The notes below the pieces were generated by a model, which saw only the letters and a list, made by a program, of their open reading frames with translations, was not told the DNA's origin and searched no databases. DNA of 64,000 nucleotides. Source: Eledone cirrhosa. Its lineage: Eukaryota. Location: NCBI GenBank assembly GCA_964016885.1, contig OZ024742.1, positions 222,952,001 through 223,016,000 on the forward strand, in the 5' to 3' direction. A program made the translations under genes and the position numbers. Positions 44,401 through 56,088 of the stretch are shown piece after piece. Numbering within the stretch: the stretch's first letter is position 1; each line of letters begins with the position of its first letter.

Positions 44401-47400
44401 CCTGGTAGCTATAGTGAAAGAAGCTGTATGGTAGACATGGATGTACAGAAACTCTTCTTCTGCCTGGTAGCTATAGTGAAAGAAGCTGTATGGTAGACAT
44501 GGATGTACAGAAACTCTTCTGCTGCCTGGTAGCTATAGTGAAAGAAGCTGTATGGTAGACATGGATGTACAGAAACTCTTCCTCTGCCTGGTAGCTATAG
44601 TGAAAGAAGCTGTATGGTAGACATGGATGTCCAGAAACTCTTCTTCTGCCTGGTAGCTATAGTGAAAGAAGCTGTATGGTAGACATGGATGTACAGAAGG
44701 TCTTCTGTCTGGTAGCTATAGTGAAAGAAGCTGTATGGTAGACATGGATGTACAGGAACTCTTCTTCTGTCTGGTGGCTATAGTGAGAGAAGCTGTATGG
44801 TAGACATGGATGTACAGAAAGTCTTCTGTCTGGTAGCTATAGTGAAAGAAGCTGTATGGTAGACATGGATGTACAGGAAGTCTTCTTCTGTCTGGTCGCT
44901 ATAGTGAAAGAAGCTGTATGGTAGACATGGATGTACAGAAACTCTTCTTCTGCCTGGTAGCTATAGTGAAAGAAACTGTATGGTAGACATGGATGTACAG
45001 AAAGTCTTCTTCTGCTTGGTAGCTATAGTGAAAGAAGCTGTATGGTAGACATGGATGTACAGAAACTCTTCTTCTGCCTGGTAGCTATAGTGAAAGAAGC
45101 TGTATGGTAGACATGGATGTACAGAAACTCTTCCTCTGCCCGGTAGCTATAGTGAAAGAAGCTGTATGGTAGACATGGATGTACAGAAACTCTTCTACTG
45201 CCTGGTAGCTATAGTGAAAGAAGCTGTATGGTAGACATGGATGTACAGAAACTCTTCTTCTGCCTGGTAGCTATAGTGAAAGAAGCTGTATGGTAGACAT
45301 GGATGTACAGAAACTCTTCCTCTGCCCGGTAGCTATAGTGAAAGAAGCTGTATGGTAGACATGGATGTACAGAAACTCTTCTTCTGCCTGGTAGCTATAG
45401 TGAAATAAGCTGTATGGTAGACATGGATGCACAGAAACTCTTCATTCTGTCTGGTAACTATAGTGAAAGAAGCTGTATGGTAGACATGGATGTACAGAAA
45501 CTCTTCTTCTGTCTGGTAACTATAGTGAAAGAAGCTGTATGGTAGACATGGATGTACAGAAACTCTTCTTCTGTCTGGTAACTATAGTGAAAGAAGCTGT
45601 ATGGTAGACATGGATGTACAGAAACTCTTTTGCCTGGCAGCTATAGTGAAAGAAGCTGTATGGTAGACATGGATGTACAGAAACTCTTCTCCTGACTGGT
45701 AGCTATAGTGAAAGAAGCTGTATGGTAGACATGGATGTACAGAAACTCTTCCTCTGCCCGGTAGCTATAGTGAAAGAAGCTGTATGGTAGACATGGATGT
45801 ACAGAAACTCTTCTTCTGTCTGGTAGCTATAGTGAAAGAAGCTGTATGGTAGACATGGATGTACAGAAACTCTTCCTCTGCCCGGTAGCTATAGTGAAAG
45901 AAGCTGTATGGTAGACATGGATGTACAGAAACTCTTCCTCTGCCCGGTAGCTATAGTGAAAGAAGCTGTATGGTAGACATGGATGTACAGAAACTCTTTT
46001 GCCTGGCAGCTATAGTGAAAGAAGCTGTATGGTAGACATGGATGTACAGAAACTCTTCTTCTGTCTGGTAACTATAGTGAAAGAAGCTGTATGGTAGACA
46101 TGGATGTTCAGAAAATCTTCCTCTGCCCGGTAGCTATAGTGAAAGAAGCTGTATGGTAGACATGGATGTACAGAAAGTCTTCCTCTCCCTGGTAGCTATA
46201 GTGAAAGAAGCTGTATGGTAGACATGGATGTACAGAAACTCTTCCTCTGTCTGGTAGCTATAGTGAAAGAAGCTGTATGGTAGACATGAATGTACAGAAA
46301 CTCTTCCTCTGCCCGGTAGCTATAGTGAAAGAAGCTGTATGGTAGACATGGATGTACAGAAACTCTTCTTCTGTCTGGTAGCTATAGTGAAAGAAGCTGT
46401 ATGGTAGACATGGATGTTCAGAAAATCTTCCTCTGCCCGGTAGCTATAGTGAAAGAAGCTGTATGGTAGACATGGATGTACAGAAACTCTTCCTCTCCCT
46501 GGTAGCTATAGTGAAAGAAGCTGTATGGTAGACATGGATGTACAGAAACTCTTCCTCTGTCTGGTAGCTATAGTGAAAGAAGCTGTATGGTAGACATGAA
46601 TGTACAGAAACTCTTCCTCTGCCCGGTAGCTATAGTGAAAGAAGCTGTATGGTAGACATGGATGTACAGAAACTCTTCTTCTGCCTGGTAGCTATAGTGA
46701 AAGAAGCTGTATGGTAGACATGGATGTACAGAAACTCTTCCTCTGCCCGGTAGCTATAGTGAAAGAAGCTGTATAGTAGACATGGATGTACAGAAAGTCT
46801 TCCTCTGCCAGGTAGCTATAGTGAAAGAAGCTGTATGGTAGACATGGATGTACAGAAACTCTTCTGCTGCCTGGTAGCTATAGTGAAAGAAGCTGTATGG
46901 TAGACATAGATGTACAGAAACTCTTCCTCTGCCTGGTAGCTATAGTGAAAGAAGCTGTATGGTAGACATGGATGTACAGAAACTCTTCTGCTGCCTGGTA
47001 GCTATAGTGAAAGAAGCTGTATGGTAGACATGGATGTACAGAAACTCTTCTTCTGCCTGGTAGCTATAGTGAAAGAAGCTGTATGGTAGACATGGATGTA
47101 CAGAAACTCTTCTGCTGCCTGGTAGCTATAGTGAAAGAAGCTGTATGGTAGACATGGATGTACAGAAACTCTTCTGCTGCCTGGTAGCTATAGTGAAAGA
47201 AGCTGTATGGTAGACATGGATGTACAGAAACTCTTCTGCTGCCTGGTAGCTATAGTGAAAGAAGCTGTATGGTAGACATGGATGTACAGAAACTCTTCTT
47301 CTGCCTGGTAGCTATAGTGAAAGAAGCTGTATGGTAGACATGGATGTACAGAAACTCTTCTGCTGCCTGGTAGCTATAGTGAAAGAAGCTGTATGGTAGA

Positions 47401-50400
47401 CATGGATGTACAGAAACTCTTCCTCTGCCTGGTAGCTATAGTGAAAGAAGCTGTATGGTAGACATGGATGTACAGAAACTCTTCTGCTGCCTGGTAGCTA
47501 TAGTGAAAGAAGCTGTATGGTAGACATGGATGTACAGAAACTCTTCTTCTGCCTGGTAGCTATAGTGAAAGAAGCTGTATGGTAGACATGGATGTACAGA
47601 AACTCTTCTGCTGCCTGGTAGCTATAGTGAAAGAAGCTGTATGGTAGACATGGATGTACAGAAACTCTTCCTCTGCCTGGTAGCTATAGTGAAAGAAGCT
47701 GTATGGTAGACATGGATGTCCAGAAACTCTTCTTCTGCCTGGTAGCTATAGTGAAAGAAGCTGTATGGTAGACATGGATGTACAGAAGGTCTTCTGTCTG
47801 GTAGCTATAGTGAAAGAAGCTGTATGGTAGACATGGATGTACAGGAACTCTTCTTCTGTCTGGTGGCTATAGTGAGAGAAGCTGTATGGTAGACATGGAT
47901 GTACAGAAAGTCTTCTGTCTGGTAGCTATAGTGAAAGAAGCTGTATGGTAGACATGGATGTACAGGAAGTCTTCTTCTGTCTGGTCGCTATAGTGAAAGA
48001 AGCTGTATGGTAGACATGGATGTACAGAAACTCTTCTTCTGCCTGGTAGCTATAGTGAAAGAAACTGTATGGTAGACATGGATGTACAGAAAGTCTTCTT
48101 CTGCTTGGTAGCTATAGTGAAAGAAGCTGTATGGTAGACATGGATGTACAGAAACTCTTCTTCTGCCTGGTAGCTATAGTGAAAGAAGCTGTATGGTAGA
48201 CATGGATGTACAGAAACTCTTCCTCTGCCCGGTAGCTATAGTGAAAGAAGCTGTATGGTAGACATGGATGTACAGAAACTCTTCTACTGCCTGGTAGCTA
48301 TAGTGAAAGAAGCTGTATGGTAGACATGGATGTACAGAAACTCTTCTTCTGCCTGGTAGCTATAGTGAAAGAAGCTGTATGGTAGACATGGATGTACAGA
48401 AACTCTTCCTCTGCCCGGTAGCTATAGTGAAAGAAGCTGTATGTTAGACATGGATGTACAGAAACTCTTCTTCTGCCTGGTAGCTATAGTGAAATAAGCT
48501 GTATGGTAGACATGGATGCACAGAAACTCTTCATTCTGTCTGGTAACTATAGTGAAAGAAGCTGTATGGTAGACATGGATGTACAGAAACTCTTCTTCTG
48601 TCTGGTAACTATAGTGAAAGAAGCTGTATGGTAGACATGGATGTACAGAAACTCTTTTGCCTGGCAGCTATAGTGAAAGAAGCTGTATGGTAGACATGGA
48701 TGTACAGAAACTCTTCTCCTGACTGGTAGCTATAGTGAAAGAAGCTGTATGGTAGACATGGATGTACAGAAACTCTTCCTCTGCCCGGTAGCTATAGTGA
48801 AAGAAGCTGTATGGTAGACATGGATGTACAGAAACTCTTCTTCTGTCTGGTAGCTATAGTGAAAGAAGCTGTATGGTAGACATGGATGTACAGAAACTCT
48901 TCCTCTGCCCGGTAGCTATAGTGAAAGAAGCTGTATGGTAGACATGGATGTACAGAAACTCTTCCTCTGCCCGGTAGCTATAGTGAAAGAAGCTGTATGG
49001 TAGACATGGATGTACAGAAACTCTTTTGCCTGGCAGCTATAGTGAAAGAAGCTGTATGGTAGACATGGATGTACAGAAACTCTTCTTCTGTCTGGTAACT
49101 ATAGTGAAAGAAGCTGTATGGTAGACATGGATGTTCAGAAAATCTTCCTCTGCCCGGTAGCTATAGTGAAAGAAGCTGTATGGTAGACATGGATGTACAG
49201 AAAGTCTTCCTCTCCCTGGTAGCTATAGTGAAAGAAGCTGTATGGTAGACATGGATGTACAGAAACTCTTCCTCTGTCTGGTAGCTATAGTGAAAGAAGC
49301 TGTATGGTAGACATGGATGTACAGAAACTCCTCTTCTGCCTGGTAGCTATAGTGAAAGAAGCTGTATGGTAGACATGGATGTACAGAAACTCTTCTTCTG
49401 CCCGGTAGCTATAGTGAAAGAAGCTGTATGGTAGACATGGATGTACAGAAACTCTTCTTCTGCCTGGTAGCTATAGTGAAAGAAGCTGTATGGTAGACAT
49501 GGATGTACAGAAACTCTTCTTCTGCCTGGTAGCTATAGTGAAAGAAGCTGTATGGTAGACATTGATGTACAGAAACTCTTCTTCTGCCTGGTAGCTATAG
49601 TGAAATAAGCTGTTTCGTAGACATGGATGTACAGAAACTCTTCTTCCGTCTGGTAACTATAGTGAAAGAAGCTGTATGGTAGACATGGATGTACAGAAAC
49701 TCTTCTTCTGTCTGGTAACTATAGTGAAAGAAGCTGTATGGTAGACATGGATGTACAGAAACTCTTCTTCTGCCTGGTAGCTATAGTGAAAGAAGCTGTA
49801 TGGTAGACATGGATGTACAGAAACTCTTTTGCCTGGCAGCTATAGTGAAAGAAGCTGTATGGTAGACATGATTGTACAGAAACTCTTCTTCTGCCTGGTA
49901 GCTATAGTGAAAGAAGCTGTATGGTAGACATGGATGTACAGAAACTCTTTTGCCTGGCAGCTATAGTGAAAGAAGCTGTATGGTAGACATTGATGTACAG
50001 AAACTCTTCTTCTGCCTGGTAGCTATAGTGAAAGAAGCTGTATGGTAGACATGGATGTACAGAAACTCTTCCTCTGCTTGGTAGCTATAGTGAAATAAGC
50101 TGTATGGTAGACATGGATGCACAGAAACTCTTCATTCTGTCTGGTAACTATAGTGAAAGAAGCTGTATGGTAGACATGTATGTACAGAAACTCTTCCTCT
50201 GCCTGGTAGCTATAGTGAAAGAAGCTGTATGGTAGACATGGATGTACAGAAACTCTTCCTCTGCCTGGTAGCTATAGTGAAATAAGCTGTATGGTAGACA
50301 TGGATGTACAGAAACTCTTCTTCCGTCTGGTAACTATAGTGAAAGAAGCTGTATGGTAGACATGGATGTACAGAAACTCTTCTTCTGTCTGGTAACTATA

Positions 50401-50869
50401 GTGAAAGAAGCTGTATGGTAGACATGGATGTACAGAAACTCTTCTTCTGTCTGGTAACTATAGTGAAAGAAGCTGTATGGTAGACATGGATGTACAGAAA
50501 CTCTTCTTCCGTCTGGTAACTATAGTGAAAGAAGCTGTATGGTAGACATGGATGTACAGAAACTCTTCTTCTGTCTGGTAACTATAGTGAAAGAAGCTGT
50601 ATGGTAGACATGGATGTACAGAAACTCCTCTTCTGCCTGGTAGCTATAGTGAAAGAAGCTGTATGGTAGACATGGATGTACAGAAATTCTTCGTCTGCCT
50701 GGTAGCTATAGTGAAAGAAGCTGTATGGTAGACATGGATGTACAGAAACTCTTCCTCTGCCCGGTAGCTATAGTGAAAGAAGCTGTATGGTAGACATGGA
50801 TGTACAGAAACTCTTCCTCTGCCTGGTAGCTATAGTGAAAGAAGCTTTATGGTAGACATGGATGTACAG

Positions 50870-53800
50870 AAACTCTTCCTCTGCCTGGTAGCTATAGTGA
50901 AAGAAGCTGTATGGTAGACATGGATGTACAGAAACTCTTCTTCTGCCCGGTAGCTATAGTGAAAGAAGCTTTATGGTAGACATGGATGTACAGAAACTCT
51001 TCTTCTGCCCGGTAGCTATAGTGAAAGAAGCTTTATGGTAGACATGGATGTACAGAAACTCTTCCTCTGTCTGGTAGCTATAGTGAAAGAAGCTTTATGG
51101 TAGACATGGATGTACAGAAACTCTTCTTCTGCCCGGTAGCTATAGTGAAAGAAGCTTTATGGTAGACATGGATGTACAGAAACTCTTCCTCTGCCTGGTA
51201 GCTATAGTGAAAGAAGCTGTATGGTAGACATGGATGTACAGAAACTCTTCCTCTGCCTGGTAACTATAGTGAAAGAAGCTGTATGGTAGACATGGATGTA
51301 CAGAAACTCTTCCTCTGCCTGGTAGCTATAGTGAAAGAAGCTGTATGGTAGACATGGATGTACAGAAACTCTTCTTCCGTCTGGTAACTATAGTGAAAGA
51401 AGCTGTATGGTAGACATGGATGTACAGAAACTCTTCTTCTGCCCGGTAGCTATAGTGAAAGAAGCTGTATGGTAGACATGGATGTACAGAAACTCCTCTT
51501 CTGCCTGGTAGCTATAGTGAAAGAAGCTGTATGGTAGACATGGATGTACAGAAACTCTTCCTCTGCCCGGTAGCTATAGTGAAAGAAGCTGTATGGTAGA
51601 CATGGATGTACAGAAACTCTTCCTCTGCCCGGTAGCTATAGTGAAAGAAGCTGTATGGTAGACATGGATGTACAGAAACTCTTCTGCTGCCTGGTAGCTA
51701 TAGTGAAAGAAGCTGTATGGTAGACATGGATGTACAGAAACTCTTCTGCTGCCTGGTAGCTATAGTGAAAGAAGCTGTATGGTAGACATGGATGTACAGA
51801 AAGTCTTCCTCCGCCTGGTAGCTATAGTGAAAGAAGCTGTATGGTAGACATGGATGTACAGAAAGTCTTCCTCTGTCTGGTAGCTATAGTGAAAGAAGCT
51901 GTATGGTAGACATGGATGTACAGAAAGTCTTCCTCTGTCTGGTAGCTATAGTGAAAGAAGCTGTATGGTAGACATGGATGTACAGAAAGTCTTCCTCTGT
52001 CTGGTAGCTATAGTGAAAGAAGCTGTATGGTAGACATGGATGTACAGAAACTCTTCTTCTGCCTGGTAGCTATAGTGAAAGAAGCTGTATGGTAGACATG
52101 GATGTACAGAAACTCTTCCTCTGCCTGGTAGCTATAGTGAAAGAAGCTGTATGGTAGACATGGATGTACAGAAACTCTTCCTCTGCCCGGTAGCTATAGT
52201 GAAAGAAGCTGTATAGTAGACATGGATGTACAGAAAGTCTTCCTCTGCCAGGAAGCTATAGTGAAAGAAGCTGTATGGTAGACATGGATGTACAGAAACT
52301 CTTCTTCTGCCTGGTAGCTATAGTGAAAGAAGCTGTATGGTAGACATGGATGTACAGAAACTCTTCCTCTGCCTGGTAGCTATAGTGAAAGAAGCTGTAT
52401 GGTAGACATGGATGTACAGAAACTCTTCTTCTGCCCGGTAGCTATAGTGAAAGAAGCTTTATGGTAGACATGGATGTACAGAAACTCTTCTTCTGCCCGG
52501 TAGCTATAGTGAAAGAAGCTTTATGGTAGACATGGATGTACAGAAACTCTTCCTCTGTCTGGTAGCTATAGTGAAAGAAGCTTTATGGTAGACATGGATG
52601 TACAGAAACTCTTCTTCTGCCCGGTAGCTATAGTGAAAGAAGCTTTATGGTAGACATGGATGTACAGAAACTCTTCCTCTGCCTGGTAGCTATAGTGAAA
52701 GAAGCTGTATGGTAGACATGGATGTACAGAAACTCTTCCTCTGCCTGGTAACTATAGTGAAAGAAGCTGTATGGTAGACATGGATGTACAGAAACTCTTC
52801 CTCTGCCTGGTAGCTATAGTGAAAGAAGCTGTATGGTAGACATGGATGTACAGAAACTCTTCTTCCGTCTGGTAACTATAGTGAAAGAAGCTGTATGGTA
52901 GACATGGATGTACAGAAACTCTTCTTCTGCCCGGTAGCTATAGTGAAAGAAGCTGTATGGTAGACATGGATGTACAGAAACTCCTCTTCTGCCTGGTAGC
53001 TATAGTGAAAGAAGCTGTATGGTAGACATGGATGTACAGAAACTCTTCCTCTGCCCGGTAGCTATAGTGAAAGAAGCTGTATGGTAGACATGGATGTACA
53101 GAAACTCTTCCTCTGCCCGGTAGCTATAGTGAAAGAAGCTGTATGGTAGACATGGATGTACAGAAACTCTTCTGCTGCCTGGTAGCTATAGTGAAAGAAG
53201 CTGTATGGTAGACATGGATGTACAGAAACTCTTCTGCTGCCTGGTAGCTATAGTGAAAGAAGCTGTATGGTAGACATGGATGTACAGAAAGTCTTCCTCC
53301 GCCTGGTAGCTATAGTGAAAGAAGCTGTATGGTAGACATGGATGTACAGAAAGTCTTCCTCTGTCTGGTAGCTATAGTGAAAGAAGCTGTATGGTAGACA
53401 TGGATGTACAGAAAGTCTTCCTCTGTCTGGTAGCTATAGTGAAAGAAGCTGTATGGTAGACATGGATGTACAGAAAGTCTTCCTCTGTCTGGTAGCTATA
53501 GTGAAAGAAGCTGTATGGTAGACATGGATGTACAGAAACTCTTCTTCTGCCTGGTAGCTATAGTGAAAGAAGCTGTATGGTAGACATGGATGTACAGAAA
53601 CTCTTCCTCTGCCTGGTAGCTATAGTGAAAGAAGCTGTATGGTAGACATGGATGTACAGAAACTCTTCCTCTGCCCGGTAGCTATAGTGAAAGAAGCTGT
53701 ATAGTAGACATGGATGTACAGAAAGTCTTCCTCTGCCAGGAAGCTATAGTGAAAGAAGCTGTATGGTAGACATGGATGTACAGAAACTCTTCTTCTGCCT

Positions 53801-53880
53801 GGTAGCTATAGTGAAAGAAGCTGTATGGTAGACATGGATGTACAGAAACTCTTCCTCTGCCTGGTAGCTATAGTGAAAGA
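50870..53880. repeat. Higher-order tandem duplication inside the satellite, period 1488 bp (24 monomers)
   Basis: The rare variant CCTCCGCC lies at 51811 and 53299 (offset 1488 = 24 x 62). The run of four AGCTTTATGG monomers and the following variant order are repeated. Boundaries approximate. Confidence 0.88.
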
Positions 53881-55179
53881 AGCTGTATGGTAGACATGGA
53901 TGTACAGAAACTCTTCTGCTGCCTGGTAGCTATAGTGAAAGAAGCTGTATGGTAGACATGGATGTACAGAAACTCTTCTGCTGCCAGGAAGCTATAGTGA
54001 AAGAAGCTGTATGGTAGACATGGATGTACAGAAACTCTTCTTCTGCCTGGTAGCTATAGTGAAAGAAGCTGTATGGTAGACATGGATGTACAGAAACTCT
54101 TCCTCTGCCTGGTAGCTATAGTGAAAGAAGCTGTATGGTAGACATGGATGTACAGAAACTCTTCCTCTGCCTGGTAGCTATAGTGAAAGAAGCTGTATGG
54201 TAGACATGGATGTACAGAAACTCTTCTGCTGCCTGGTAGCTATAGTGAAAGAAGCTGTATGGTAGACATGGATGTACAGAAACTCTTCTGCTGCCTGGTA
54301 GCTATAGTGAAAGAAGCTGTATGGTAGACATGGATGTACAGAAACTCTTCTGCTGCCTGGTAGCTATAGTGAAAGAAGCTGTATGGTAGACATGGATGTA
54401 CAGAAACTCTTCTGCTGCCTGGTAGCTATAGTGAAAGAAGCTGTATGGTAGACATGGATGTACAGAAACTCTTCCTCTGCCTGGTAGCTATAGTGAAAGA
54501 AGCTGTATGGTAGACATGGATGTACAGAAACTCTTCCTCTGTCTGGTAGATATAGTGAAAGAAGCTGTATGGTAGACATGGATGTACAGAATCTCTTCTT
54601 CTGCCTGGTAGCTATAGTGAAGGAAGCTGTATGGTAGACATGGATGTACAGAAACTCTTCTTCTGCCTGGTAGCTATAGTGAAAGAAGCTGTATGGTAGA
54701 CATGGATGTACAGAAACTCTTCCTCTGTCTGGTAGCTATAGTGAAAGAAGCTGTATGGTAGACATGGATGTACAGAAACTCTTCCTCTGCCTGGTAGCTA
54801 TAGTGAAAGAAGCTGTATGGTAGACATGGATGTACAGAAACTCTTCCTCTGCCTGGTAGCTATAGTGAAAGAAGCTGTATGGTAGACATGAATGTACAGA
54901 AACTCTTCTTCTGCCCGGTAGCTATAGTGAAAGAAGCTGTATGGTAGACATGGATGTCCAGAAACTCTTCTTCTGCCTGGTAGCTATAGTGAAAGAAGCT
55001 GTATGGTAGACATGGATGTACAGAAACTCTTCTTCTGTTTTCCTTTTGTTGATGTTTCGTTTTCTTCACTCCATATAAACCCCACTCTCAGTTGTTTCTG
55101 TATTTGTATTGTCCCCAATGTTATGGGCCCTTGTGGCCAATATTTTAATATTTTACATAATGCTATTAATTATTTTCAG

Positions 55180-55362
55180 GATCCGTTATGTCCATTTGAT
55201 GGCTCATTTTCGGATGTACTGCCAGATTAAGGAGCAAACAGCTGCCTTCATCCGTGGGTTTCGATCAGTGGTTAACCATGAATGGCTTAACATGTTCTCA
55301 GCTCCTGAACTACAGAAGCTTATATCTGGTGACAATAGAGATATTGACATAGAAGACTTAAG
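55180..55362 (+). CDS. UBE3B: HECT E3 ubiquitin ligase UBE3B-like, fourth-from-last coding exon (internal exon, 5' part of gene outside window)
   Basis: Acceptor TATTTTCAG|G at 55179/55180 and donor AG|GTGAGC at 55362/55363. Translates (x)[60 protein letters not shown](R), closely matching the UBE3B HECT N-lobe as recalled ([17 protein letters not shown]...GFRS...EW..MFS.PELQRLISGDN..ID.EDL). Confidence 0.95.
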
Positions 55363-55443
55363 GTGAGCTGTTCACATGTTTTAAAAAGATCTTCATATCT
55401 TTTAAAAAGATTTTTACATGTTTTAAACAGATGTTTGTGTTTT

Positions 55444-55730
55444 CATCATCATCATTTAATGTCCACTTTCCCTGCTTGCAAGGGTTGGATGTGTCTTCAC
55501 AAACCATGTCGGTTCTGACCTCCCAGACAGGCCAGGAGTCTGCATCTTACTTAGATATGCTCTCAAGCTCTACTGAGTACATTTTATTGTGGCACCAGTA
55601 CTTTTACATAAATGAAGAATCATCCTAACCCTTTGTTTGGCAAATTCTCTACGGCTTCATGCTTTTCCTTTTGCCAATCATCTTTCTGGGTGTACCGAGT
55701 GTGTTTTCATGGCACCAACACTAGAGAGGA
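55444..55730 (-). mobile_element. Degenerate SINE (family B) with (CAT)n tail, antisense in intron
   Basis: CATCATCATCATTTAATGTCCACTTTCCCTGCTTGCAAGGGTTGG is approximately the reverse complement of 58106-58152 (CCAACCCTTGCTTGGAGGGAAAACAGATGTTAAACACTGTTGATGA). The body motif CTACGGCT..ATGC..TTCCT..TGCCAA mirrors 57905-57962. Family identity is from memory of octopus repeats. Confidence 0.6.
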
Positions 55731-56088
55731 TGAGAGGATGTTATTGTCCCAACTGGAGAGCCCTCTCAGCTCTGTGAGAGTTGGGGGAGGGGGCAAGAGG
55801 AGATTGAAGATAAGTATGAAATTATGGATGTATATCATGTGCCGTGTAATTTGACATGGTGATGTGTAGGTGGGAAGGGATGTAGGAGTCGTGAGAATGC
55901 CTAAGTGGAAATAGTGGTGATCGTGTGGTCAATAGTACAAGGGTGGCGGTGGGAATCACCAGGATATGGGGCGGCGTAATAATGGAAAGAGAATATGCAT
56001 GTTTTAAAAAAATGTTCACATGTTTTACAGTTAACAAATTAACTTGATTTTTATTGTTTTAACTTTTAAACATGTTTGTTTTATTATA

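Larger units (their letters stand above)
1..55038. repeat. 62-bp tandem satellite array, about 890 monomers, truncated by the left window edge; apparently intronic to the UBE3B-like gene
   Basis: Consensus TACAGAAACTCTTCTTCTG(C/T)CTGGTA(G/A)CTATAGTGAAAGAAGCTGTATGGTAGACATGGATG repeats head-to-tail throughout, with 59-bp and 63-bp length variants. It ends abruptly at ...CAGAAACTCTTCTTCTGT (~55038). Copy number estimated as length/62. Confidence 0.99.

Noticed and set aside
1-55038. CRISPR array (constant repeat plus variable spacer appearance)
   Set aside because: The variable segments are point and indel variants of one sequence, not unique spacers. No cas genes are present and the context is a spliced eukaryotic gene.
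1-55038. Hammerhead ribozyme in the satellite monomer, as in newt, cricket and schistosome satellites
   Set aside because: The + strand has GAAA but no CTGANGA core. The - strand has only CAGAAGA and no suitable GAAA. Self-complementarity is limited to short stems (CTTCTT/AAGAAG) and 4-6-bp palindromes.
1-55038. Centromeric or telomeric identity of the array
   Set aside because: No TTAGGG-type repeats and no recognisable centromere motif. Function cannot be assigned from sequence, and the apparent intragenic position argues against assuming it.
55109-55179. N-terminal part of ORF 55109-55366 ([24 protein letters not shown]) as a signal peptide
   Set aside because: It is the AT-rich intron end and polypyrimidine tract read through in frame. 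UBE3B similarity starts at the acceptor at 55180.
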